Positions 8,024 to 17,138 of a DNA stretch of 53,400 bases are shown here, in pieces. Each line of letters begins with the position of its first letter. Position 1 is the stretch's first letter. The notes below the pieces were generated by a model. It made no database searches, was not told the DNA's origin, and saw nothing but the letters and a program-made list of their open reading frames with translations. Both the position numbers and the translations under genes were made by a program. This DNA comes from Bryobacteraceae bacterium (GTDB lineage: Bacteria; Acidobacteriota; Terriglobia; Bryobacterales; Bryobacteraceae), in assembly GCA_035316385.1 (NCBI GenBank), contig DATHIZ010000451.1, forward strand, positions 1-53,400, given 5' to 3'.

Positions 8024-10998
8024 ATGAAATGGAATGCTAACCGGGTCGCGCTCGTCCTCTGCTTCTGGGCCGCGCAAACCTTCGCTGCCGAGGGGCATAT
8101 AGATTCCAAGCTGCTGGATCAACTGGAATGGCGCAGCATAGGACCCGCTGTGATGGGCGGCCGCATTGCCGATATTGATGCGGTACCCGGCGACCCAACC
8201 ACCGTGTTTGTGGCGACTGGTTCGGGCGGCCTGTTTCGCACTCTCGACGGCGGCATGACATGGACCGCGCTCTTTGAGCGGCAGGCAACGCTCTCCATTG
8301 GGGCCATTGCCGTGCAGGCGGGCGATCCCGAAGTAATCTGGGTTGGCACTGGGGAATCGAATGTCCGCAACAGTGTTTCGTTTGGCGATGGCGTTTATAA
8401 GTCGAGCGATGGAGGCGCTAGTTGGACGCGCGTGGGACTGGAGAACACGGAGACGATTTCGCGCATCGTCATCAATCCCGCGAATCCGAATAACGTTTTT
8501 GTCGCGGCACTCGGGCATCCTTTCGGGCCAAATCCGGATCGCGGCATTTTCGTAACGGAAGACGGGGGCCGGACCTGGCACAAGACGCTGTCTATCGATG
8601 AAGATCACGGGGCGGCGGACGTGGAAATCGACCCTTCCAATCCGAAGATCGTTTACGCCGGCATGTGGCATTTCGACCGGAAGCCTTGGACTTACACGAG
8701 CGGCAGCGAGAAGGGCGGTGTCTTTCAATCTCTGGACGGCGGCGTTACCTGGAAAAAGTTGACCAATGGACTGCCTAAGTTGATGGGGCGCATTGGTGTA
8801 AAGGTTGCCCCCAGCAATCCGAACGTCGTTTATGTGATTGCGGAATCGAAAGAGGGGACGCTGTTCCGGTCTGAAGATAAAGGAGCCTCATTCGTCCGGG
8901 TCTCGGATGACCGGGAGTTGATTGGCCGGGGATATTACTTCAGTGACATGCGCGTGGCGTCCGATGACGTTGACCATGTTATGGTCCTGGCGGATGCTTT
9001 GCTGGAATCCAAAGACGGCGGCAAGCGCTTTCGCCGCTCCTCGCCCAGTGTCCATGGTGACTTACATGCGCTTTGGATCGATCCGAAGAATCCGCGCCGG
9101 ATGTGGCAGGGAAACGATGGCGGTCTGGCGGTCACTTATGATGGCGGGCTGCATTGGGAGCAGATTAACAACATTCCTTTAGGCAGTTCTACCGCGTCTC
9201 CACCGATGACCGGCGGCCCTTCTATCATTTGACGGCGGGCATGCAGGATAACGGCACTTGGACGGGGCCCAGCCGTACTCGCGAACCAGCGGGCATTTTC
9301 AATGACGATTGGCGCATGGTCAATGCGTTCGTTGGATTTTACTCTCTCAGTGATCCGGACAATCCCGATATTTTGTTGACCGAGCAACCGGGCGGCACGT
9401 TGGTGCGAACCAACCTGCAAACAAGAGAGCAACAAAATGTCAGCCCGCAGCCTCGCAGTTATTCAGGCTCGCCGGCGCGCGAAATGAAATACCGGTTCGG
9501 CTGGGATGCTCCGTTAGTCCGCTCTCCTTTCGGAAAGCGCACTGTGTATCTTGCCGGCAATGTGGTCTTTCAATCGAGTGACTATGGCAAGAGCTGGGAA
9601 GCGATTAGCCATGACCTGACATCGAACGATGTGGCCAAAGAAGGAAACAATGGTGGGCCAATCTCCCTGGATAATTCCTCGTCGGAGGTGTATTCCACCA
9701 TCAGCGCGCTGGCCGAGTCTCCGAAAAAACAGGGTGTGCTCTGGGCAGGAACGGATGATGGAAATCTTCAGGTAACGCTGAACGGAGGCGGACAGTGGAT
9801 GAACGTCGCTGCCAATGTACATGGCGTTCCGGCGAAGTCTCCGGTATCTTCCATCGAGCTGTCACGGGCGAGCGAGCTGACAGCATATGCAACGTTCGAC
9901 CGGCATATGTTCGATGATTTCCACCCCTATATTTTCAAGACGACGGATGGAGGCAAGTCCTGGACAAGCGTTACCAGGAACCTGCCTGACAAGGCATTTG
10001 TCTGGACCGTGAAAGAGGACCCGCAAGAGCCGCGCCTATTGTATGCGGGAACGGAGCTGGGCATTTACGTTTCGTTTTCAGGCGGCGACGACTGGACGCC
10101 TCTCCATTTGAAGAACATGCCGTGGTCGGTTGCCGTCCGCGACATTGTTCTTTCACCGGAAGACGACCTGGTGGTTGCGACGCACGGAAGAAGTCTGTGG
10201 GTACTGGACGATGTCGCGCCGCTACGCGGGCTGGCTCATTCCGGGGAGGCGTCTACTACTTTGTTTCCGGTCCGTCCCGCCTATCGGTTCGCTGTGCGTC
10301 CGACGCGTTTCGGCTTTGGCGATAAAACGTTCACAGGCCCGAATCCTTCCTACGGCGTGCTGGTTAGTTATTTCCTCGCTGGCGAGGCGAAGGAGGTAAA
10401 AGTACAGATTGTAGATAGTTCAGGCGCGGTCGTAAGAACCGTGCCCGCATCCGGACAGAATGGCATGCATCGGGTTGTGTGGGATTTGCGATACAACTCG
10501 GGCGCCGCGGGGCCATCACGGGCGGCAGGATCGAGCCGCGGCGGCCAAGCGCGAGGACCGCAAGCAGTTCCGGGGCGTTACGCCGTTCGCTTGATCGCCG
10601 ATGGCAAAAGTTATGAACAACTGGTTGAGGTTAAGCTGGACCCGGCCGTTAGCGTCACCGCGGGCGATTTACAGTCCGCTTATGACGTCGCCAGTAACCT
10701 TGTCCAAATGCAAGCAGCGGCGAATGCAGCCATTACCAAGCTAGGCGCACTGCGCGGCCAGCATCCGCAAGAAGTAGAGGCATTGTTGAGCCAGTTGACC
10801 CGGCCCGCTAACGTCGGACGATCGGAAACCGGGCCACGGCTCAAAGAGAATCTGGACACGCTGTTCACTATGATCGACGGTGCGGACGCCGCGCCGACCG
10901 CGGCACAGATGAAATATTACGGTGAATTGCGGGCAGAGTTTCAGGATGTCATGAAGCGGGTGAATGCGCTTGCCGGTGGAGCGCCCGCTACACGTTGA
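8024..10998 (+). pseudogene. Sortilin/VPS10-like BNR repeat protein, paralogue of 1990..5178, interrupted by a 1-nt frameshift near 9183
   Basis: ORFs 8024..9232 and 9229..10998 together align along the whole length of the 1990..5178 protein. Frame A reads ...WEQINNIPLGSSTASPP* and the downstream frame, read back to 9184, gives QFYRVSTDDRRPFYHLTAGMQDNGTW. The paralogue has ...[27 protein letters not shown] at the same place. One missing base in ggc(c)ag would restore a single ~990-aa ORF. Confidence 0.75.
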
Positions 10999-11258
10999 CG
11001 CGTTTCAGCGCCGCGGCTCTTTTGCGCACGCCATGCCGCATCCGCCACAGCGAGCCCGCGAACACGAGTAGAAAGCAGAGCTCGATCAGAACTTTTTCGC
11101 AGTCCAGCAGATCGGGCGGCTTGTTCTTGAGTTCGGGATCAATCAGCAGTTCTCGGAAGGATTATTTTTAGCGCGATGGGATTTTCCGGCGATCTATATG
11201 ACTTACGTTATTCCGGTTTCCTGGCAATTGTCGAGACAATGAAAGCGAAACGGCACTT

Positions 11259-12713
11259 ATGAGTCATCCGCCAGGCCCTCGCGGGCGAGAAGTTCTCGGG
11301 TTCTTCGGACGCGGCAGGTTTCCCCATACACTTGCCTTTCTTGAAGACACTGCACAAAAATATGGGCCGTTGGCGTATTTCCGTCTGCTGCACCAACCCA
11401 CGTTCCTGGTCACCGGTTCGGAGTTCATTAAAGAAGTGCTGGTTGTTCAGCAGCGGAACTTCGGCCGTGATTTCAGCGCCGCGATCCTGCGGGAACTGGT
11501 GGGGGATGGCGTTATTACGCGCGAGGAGCCGCTGCATCGGGAGCGAAGACGCATTCTCCAACCGGCATTCCATCGCGAACAGATTGCCTCCTATGTGACG
11601 GTTATGGCTAGCGAGGCGGCTGCAACGGCCAACGAATGGATCCGGCTGGCAGCGTCCGGCGGGCTTACGGTAGATATCGGAGCGGCTATGCGCGCGACCA
11701 CGCTGTCCATTATTGGCAGGCTTCTTTTCGGGGACGAGTTTCGGTCCAGCGCGAATCAAATTTCGGATGTTCTCGGGCGTGTTGTTAAACGGGCTAGACG
11801 AATTGTGCCGTTCGCCATGATGCTCAAGGTAGTGACGCGGCGTTACCGTCAAATGCTGCCGCGCGGACCCAGCTTATACTTCCGAGAGCATCGCGCCGAA
11901 CTGGATCGCATCTTGCAGCCGCTGATCCAGCATCGCCAAAAACAGATGGGGCGTGATGTACTGTCTCTTCTATTGGCTTTGCAGGACGATGGCGAGGGTT
12001 CGCTTGCTAGCGAGGACATTCGCAATGAGATGGTGACTTTCGTCCTGGCCGGCCACGAAACAACGGCCACTGCGTTGACGTGGACGTTCTATCTTCTGGC
12101 GAAGCACAGGAATTACCAGGAGCAAACGGCAAAGGAAATCGAACAGGTTTGCGGTGACCGGATGCCGCAGGCGGATGACTTGGCTTCGCTGCCGTTTACG
12201 GCTGCGCTATTCCAGGAGACCTTACGCCTGTATCCGCCCGTACCGCTCTATGGGAGACGCGTTCTCGAAGACGCGAGTCTTGACGGTCACAAGATCCCGC
12301 GGGGCGCTACGGTGTTGTTAAGCCCGTATATTACGCAACGAAGCGAAGCCTCTTTTCCTAACGCGGAACAGTTCGATCCCACTCGCTGGCTCGACGCGCC
12401 ACCAGCCTCGCGCTTTGCGTTCTTCCCTTTCGGCGGCGGGGCAAAGATGTGCATTGGAGACGTGTTTGCGAAGACCGAAGGGGTGGTGATTCTTGCGAGT
12501 CTGCTCCAGAAATTCCGGTTCGAGCTCGCAAGCGACCTGCCGGTAGAAGTTGACCCAGGGGTGACTCTAAAACCGAGAAATCCGATCCTGCTGGAAATCA
12601 AGACCCGCGCGAGTTACCCGGCGCTGCCATCTTTAGCTAGAGATTTCGATCACTCGGGAAGTTTGGGAAGTATTATTCCAGGCTTGCTTCGTACTGATTC
12701 AGAACCTCGCTAG
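11259..12713 (+). CDS. Cytochrome P450
   Basis: Heme-binding loop FFPFGGGAKMCIGDVFA (FxxGxxxCxG), I-helix AGHETT, K-helix ETLRLYPP (ExxR), and an N-terminal PPGP motif. There is no membrane anchor. About 40 aa of unconserved C-terminal tail follow LLEIKTRA. Confidence 0.9.
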   Translation: MSHPPGPRGREVLGFFGRGRFPHTLAFLEDTAQKYGPLAYFRLLHQPTFLVTGSEFIKEVLVVQQRNFGRDFSAAILRELVGDGVITREEPLHRERRRILQPAFHREQIASYVTVMASEAAATANEWIRLAASGGLTVDIGAAMRATTLSIIGRLLFGDEFRSSANQISDVLGRVVKRARRIVPFAMMLKVVTRRYRQMLPRGPSLYFREHRAELDRILQPLIQHRQKQMGRDVLSLLLALQDDGEGSLASEDIRNEMVTFVLAGHETTATALTWTFYLLAKHRNYQEQTAKEIEQVCGDRMPQADDLASLPFTAALFQETLRLYPPVPLYGRRVLEDASLDGHKIPRGATVLLSPYITQRSEASFPNAEQFDPTRWLDAPPASRFAFFPFGGGAKMCIGDVFAKTEGVVILASLLQKFRFELASDLPVEVDPGVTLKPRNPILLEIKTRASYPALPSLARDFDHSGSLGSIIPGLLRTDSEPR

Positions 12714-12774
12714 CCGCGCGGGGTTCGGCGCACAAGGAAAAAACCGTAATGCGGGATAAAACAGGAGAACCAAT

Positions 12775-13138
12775 ATGCGTGCAATGAGGGCGAAAGTATT
12801 CAGTGGCTACGAAGGGTTGAAGCTGGCTGAGAGTGTCGACGACGTGAGCGCCGCGGGGATTCCGTCGCCATCTTACGGCACAGATGGCCCTCAGTCTCGC
12901 TGGTTTTCAGGCGGGCAAAACTGTGCTAGCGCCGGCAATCGGAGGATCAGTCGGCAACGCGGTGACGCAACTGGCGCGTGCTTTGGGCGCAAAACACGCC
13001 ATCTCCAGCACGACCAACCATACAAAAGCTGAGCAGGCGAAGGCGCTCGGATTCGATGAGGTCATCGATGTCTCTAGCGAGAAACTGGGCGATGGCGTGC
13101 GGCCACGATGCGACTCCATCCCGGCAGGAAGTTGTTAA
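12775..13138 (+). pseudogene. Remnant of a zinc-type/MDR quinone oxidoreductase (alcohol dehydrogenase superfamily)
   Basis: Frame 1 starts MRAMRAKVFSGYEGLKLAE, a typical MDR N-terminus. A second frame (12884..13138) reads AGFQAGKTVLAPAIGGSVGNAVTQLARALGAKHAISSTTNHTKAEQAKALGFDEVIDVS, the Rossmann nucleotide-binding part. About 360 bp are left of an expected ~1 kb. The catalytic domain and the C-terminus are missing. Confidence 0.55.
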
Positions 13139-13176
13139 GCCCAGTTTCTTGGCTTTTCGGTAGACTAGTGTGCTAA

Positions 13177-14262
13177 ATGAACCGCCGACACTTCGTCCTC
13201 GCCTTGAGCAGCGCGCCGCTGCTGGCTCAGACTGCTCCACCCACGCCCGAGTTGGAATGGGTGGAGGCCAAGAAGCTGACTGTGGAAGGGTTCGGTTTCA
13301 AGGACGTGAAATTGCCGTACGACCGGCTGCCAGGGCGGGCGGAAGGCGTGGTGCGCCCAGCGGTTTGGAACCTAAGCCGCGATTCGGCTGGCGCCCTAGT
13401 GCGCTTTACTGCAGCGACAACGGAAATTCACGCGCGCTGGACGGTAACCAATAAGAATCTGGCCGGTGCGAACATCACGGCGATCGCCTCGAGTGGGCTG
13501 GACCTCTATGCCAAGACGGACGCCGGGAAGTGGCGCTGGCTGGCCGTGGGGCAGCCGAAGTTTGCTGAGACCACTGCGGCGTTGGTCACTGGCATTGCGG
13601 CCACAGAGCGCGAGTTCATGGTTTATCTACCGTTGCGCAATGGCGTAACCTCGTTGGAATTTGGCGTGCCCAAGGGGGCGACGCTTAAGCCAGGTCCAGT
13701 GCGGGCGGCCGGGTCGAAACCCATCGTATTCTATGGCACGTCGATCACTCATGGGATTGGGGCATCGCGCGCTGGCATGACCCATGTGGCGATGCTGGGG
13801 AGAACGTTCGATCGCGAGGCGATCAATCTAGGCTTCTCTGGCAATGGGCGCATGGAACCGGAGGTGGTGAAGTTTGTGGCCGAACTTGACCCGGCGGTTT
13901 TCGTGTTGGATTGCCTGCCAAATATGGGAGCGCAACAAGTCACGGAGCGCACGGCGCCGGGCGTGAAACTGCTGCGTGAGGCTCACCCCAATACGCCGAT
14001 TCTACTGGTGGAGGATCGTAACATCCAGAGCGGATTCCTGGTGGAAGCTCGCCGCAAGGCAAATGAGGCCAATCATGCGGCGTTACGCGAGGCCTTCGCC
14101 GCGTTGGAAGCGGAAAAGGTGCCTCGCGTTTATTATCTGGAGGGCGCCAACCTGCTGGGCGATGACGGCGAAGGTACGGTCGACGGCTCGCACCCCACCG
14201 ATCTGGGTTTTATGCGACAGGCAGCCGAGTTCGAGCGCGTGCTGCGGCCGGTGCTGAAGTAG
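13177..14262 (+). CDS. Secreted SGNH/GDSL-family hydrolase with N-terminal beta-sandwich (CE2-like esterase architecture)
   Basis: Signal peptide MNRRHFVLALSSAPLLAQT. Block I is IVFYGTSITHG (the Ser nucleophile context) and block V is DGSHPTDLGF (catalytic DxxH). The N-terminal ~170 aa resemble the accessory domain found in carbohydrate esterases. Confidence 0.75.
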   Translation: MNRRHFVLALSSAPLLAQTAPPTPELEWVEAKKLTVEGFGFKDVKLPYDRLPGRAEGVVRPAVWNLSRDSAGALVRFTAATTEIHARWTVTNKNLAGANITAIASSGLDLYAKTDAGKWRWLAVGQPKFAETTAALVTGIAATEREFMVYLPLRNGVTSLEFGVPKGATLKPGPVRAAGSKPIVFYGTSITHGIGASRAGMTHVAMLGRTFDREAINLGFSGNGRMEPEVVKFVAELDPAVFVLDCLPNMGAQQVTERTAPGVKLLREAHPNTPILLVEDRNIQSGFLVEARRKANEANHAALREAFAALEAEKVPRVYYLEGANLLGDDGEGTVDGSHPTDLGFMRQAAEFERVLRPVLK

Positions 14263-14952
14263 GGCTCGGGATCCAAGCCCACGCGTTGCGCGCAAATTGA
14301 AGATAGCCGTGACAGTGTTTGTAGTTAAAACTAGGTTAAGTAAGGAAAACCGCCTTGGGCCCGGTGTGTACATCACGATTCGCGCTTACTTCGAAGCAGG
14401 TTGAGTAACTGCCGGCATGGTGAGGCGAGTCCCAGCATCCCACGCAGCAGTGTAGCGCCGTCGTCGCTTTCGGGCCGGGATACGAAGCGGCCGGGGCGAG
14501 TCCAACAATTGCATGCAGTCGGCACGCCTTAAAGGCCGGTACCATTCAAACCGATGCCCCTCCCACTCAGTGATATGCGATCGATCGATCGGAGGTCCGA
14601 TTCCCGCCAACATGTGAGCGGCTACGGCTTGGTAGTGAGTGAGATCCATTTGGCCGTGAATTCTGATCGTAAATCATCCGTCAGCCCATGCTCACGGCTC
14701 TCCACCGCCTTGGTTAAGCAGCCATTGATTTCCGACTCCAATAATCCGGTGGTATGTTCACTTGGCCTAAGCCGCCGTTCCGTCCCGATGAAATGCAATG
14801 AGGGGAAATCGTGTGATCCAACTTGCGGTTTGCGCGTTACGCGTCAACTAAGCCGAAACGGCTTTGCTCCGAATCCGCGTTATCCGCCCGAAGGTGGCGG
14901 CCATCGCAACCATTAGTTGCGGCGCCTCGTCATCTGAGCTCCAGATTACTAT

Positions 14953-14984
14953 TTACAATAGAGTACTTTGCAATGTAGAGTATT
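14953..14984 (+). promoter_or_regulatory. Sigma70-like TTACAA-17 nt-TAGAGT element containing a 17-bp-spaced direct repeat TAGAGTA(C/T)T, immediately upstream of the radical SAM ATG
   Basis: TTACAA at 14953-14958. TAGAGTA at 14959-14965 and again at 14976-14982. The ATG is at 14989 with no convincing Shine-Dalgarno. The promoter assignment is pattern-based only. Confidence 0.3.
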
Positions 14985-14988
14985 CATA

Positions 14989-16500
14989 ATGCGATATTCA
15001 ATCGAGGATTCAAAGCGGCGATCCGAACCGACTCCATCACGTGATGCAGCGGATCGGAGGCCCTTCTGCGTCGAGATCGTGGTTGTTTACATGCCCCGGT
15101 ACCGGCACGGGCACGAAGCTGACTTCGTTCCGCCGATCACCGGTATTCATCTGGCAGCCCTGACCCCTCCTGACTACCAGGTTCGTGTGATTCACCAGCA
15201 GGTGCAACCGATTGACTTCGACAGCGACGCCGATCTCATCGCACTCTCCTTCTTCACCGGATTCGCGCCAGAGGCCTACCGCCTTGCTCACGAATACAGA
15301 AAGCGCGGAAAACCTGTCGTCGCAGGCGGTCCGCATGTCACTTTTAATGCGGATGAGGCGCTGGAGCATGTCGACAGCGTGGTGCTTGGCGAGGCGGAGT
15401 CGATCTGGAGTCAACTCCTTGAGGACGCCTCGACGGGTAGGCTCCGCAGTCGATACATCGGCACAGCCCAGCCGCTCGCCGGATTGCGGACTCCGCGATA
15501 TGACCTTCTTCGGGGCAACTTCTTCATCCCGCGCGTGGTGCAGGCCACGCGCGGATGCCCGTTTACCTGCTCGTTCTGCACTGTTCCCAGCATCAACCCC
15601 GGTTTTCGCACCCGCCCGACCGGCGACGTGATCAAAGACATCCAGTATGACGGGTTCCGCCATTGGTGGCAGCGCAAGGTGGTCTGGTTCTGGGATGACA
15701 ATCTGACGGCAAAACGCTCGTATATCCGTGAACTCCTTGCCGCCATGGTTCCCCTCCGGAAATGGTGGTTGACCCAGGCGAGCCTGGATATCGGCAATGA
15801 CAGAGATCTCCTGGACCTCATGGAGAGGTCAGGCTGCATTGGCATTTTCTTCGGCATCGAGTCTTTCGGCGCCGAGTCATTGCGAGATGCGCATAAACCG
15901 CAAAACAAGGTCAGCACTTACAAAGCACGAATTCGAGAGCTGCACCATCGCGGGATCTGCGTCATGGCGGGTTTCATCGCAGGTTTCGACGGCGACACGC
16001 CGGAGAGTATTACGGCCATGGCCAAGCAACTCTACGAGACGGGCGTTGATGTTCCGTTCTTAAGCGTGTTGACGCCCTATCGGGGCACTCCCGCCTACAG
16101 CAGACTGGCGGAAGAAGGAAGAATCCTGCCGGGCCGAGGCTGGGAGTTCTACAACGGGTACAACGTATCTTTCGAGCCTCGAGGCATGTCGCCGGAACAG
16201 CTACTCGAGGCACACCGGGCCCTCTGGCGTGAGGCGTTTTCGCTGAAGTACTCGGTGTTGCGAGTGGTGAGATCGCTTGGCCGGCTCCGCTTCGGAGCGT
16301 TCCTGATGTGTCTCGTGATGAACGGCTTCTATTGTCTGAAACGTCTGCGAGGCAACGAACCCATAGCGTTCGATCCGTCCGTACCTTACTCGGAACCTCG
16401 CCCTATTGCCTCGAGCATTGCGGCGAGCGAGATGATTCACATCCGCCCGGGACAACCGAAGGACAGCGTTCCGAGCGCATTGTCTTCCATGCGGAAGTAA
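14989..16500 (+). CDS. B12-binding-domain radical SAM protein (class B-like, DUF4070-type C-terminus)
   Basis: Radical SAM cluster motif [16 protein letters not shown] (CxxxCxxC). The N-terminal Rossmann-like B12-binding domain is IVVVYMP...[46 protein letters not shown] and [16 protein letters not shown] are typical of this family. The first ATG is at 14989. The ORF track starts at TTG 14968. Confidence 0.85.
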   Translation: MRYSIEDSKRRSEPTPSRDAADRRPFCVEIVVVYMPRYRHGHEADFVPPITGIHLAALTPPDYQVRVIHQQVQPIDFDSDADLIALSFFTGFAPEAYRLAHEYRKRGKPVVAGGPHVTFNADEALEHVDSVVLGEAESIWSQLLEDASTGRLRSRYIGTAQPLAGLRTPRYDLLRGNFFIPRVVQATRGCPFTCSFCTVPSINPGFRTRPTGDVIKDIQYDGFRHWWQRKVVWFWDDNLTAKRSYIRELLAAMVPLRKWWLTQASLDIGNDRDLLDLMERSGCIGIFFGIESFGAESLRDAHKPQNKVSTYKARIRELHHRGICVMAGFIAGFDGDTPESITAMAKQLYETGVDVPFLSVLTPYRGTPAYSRLAEEGRILPGRGWEFYNGYNVSFEPRGMSPEQLLEAHRALWREAFSLKYSVLRVVRSLGRLRFGAFLMCLVMNGFYCLKRLRGNEPIAFDPSVPYSEPRPIASSIAASEMIHIRPGQPKDSVPSALSSMRK

Positions 16501-17138
16501 TCGACTTGGATACGAAGTCGCCATTCCGTTGATTGGCGTTGATGTGAGGTCCCGGGCGTCCGCACAAGAAAGCAATGCGCGTTTCCCGTCAAATTGCCGG
16601 GTACTCAACCGTGATGCCCGTCAACCGTCCACTATCCGCGGGCACTGCACGCGGCCCCTTCGATAGTCCACTCAGTTCGACTTCTTTCCTTCGGATGCGT
16701 TCCCCCTCGGCACTGAAGAACTGGACCGGGCTATCTCTCTAGCAGATCCTCTGGCGCAGGAGCCTCCGACGGCGCAGCGAAATTCCGGCCTGTTCGAGTG
16801 CAGAGCGTAGGGGCTCGAAGGCATCCGCGGGGGACATCACGCTCTTCGGTAGACGGTTCGCGCGAATTCTGATCCAAACCTGGTGACGGCAATTTGGAAA
16901 ACGATCTCGGCTTCGTCCGCATCCGGATTCCTGCGGCGCATCGCGGCCCTTTGAAGAGAATCGGCGGTCGCCCAAAATGCAGTGAATTTTCATCCCAAAC
17001 GCCCCCAGGTTTGGGATGACGGCGAGAAGAGCTCCGCAGCAGGAGCAAACGGCGCCGGGAGAAATCGGCACGGTCACGGTCCTTAGGACTAGAAATGGGC
17101 ATTCTGCTTAAAGGCCTTAGGCTAAGCTATGTTCGACT

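Noticed and set aside
10999-11170. Minus-strand open frame encoding ...ELLIDPELKNKPPDLLDCEKVLIELCFLLVFAGSLWRMRHGVRKRAAALKRVNV*, ending just inside the 3' end of the BNR gene.
   Set aside because: There is no ATG/GTG/TTG start in the open part of the frame, and I recognised no family. It may be another remnant but is not supportable as a gene.
14386-14649. 87-aa minus-strand ORF (MDLTHYQAVAAHMLAGIGPPIDRSHITEWEGHRFEWYRP...) and the overlapping plus-strand 120-aa ORF 14554..14916.
   Set aside because: The protein-like stretch lasts only ~45 aa before turning Arg-rich. A neighbouring frame carries a different protein-like stretch (..RPGRFVSRPESDDGATLLRGMLGLASP..). Together they look like a frameshifted remnant rather than a functional gene, and I could not establish the family.
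16575-16742. 55-aa ORF (MRVSRQIAGYSTVMPVNRPLSAGTARGPFDSPLSSTSFLRMRSPSALKNWTGLSL) downstream of the radical SAM gene, considered as a RiPP precursor.
   Set aside because: It has no leader/core organisation, no Cys/Ser/Thr-rich core, no clear ribosome-binding site and no maturation protease or exporter nearby. Its composition looks like random GC-rich translation.
16731-17102. Two overlapping minus-strand ORFs of 112-123 aa between the radical SAM and DUF2264 genes.
   Set aside because: Both are Arg/Ser/Pro-rich and mutually overlapping. The only protein-like segment (MRRRNPDADEAEIVFQIAVTRFGSEFARTVYRRA) is in a third frame and is 34 aa long. This is probably decayed DNA.
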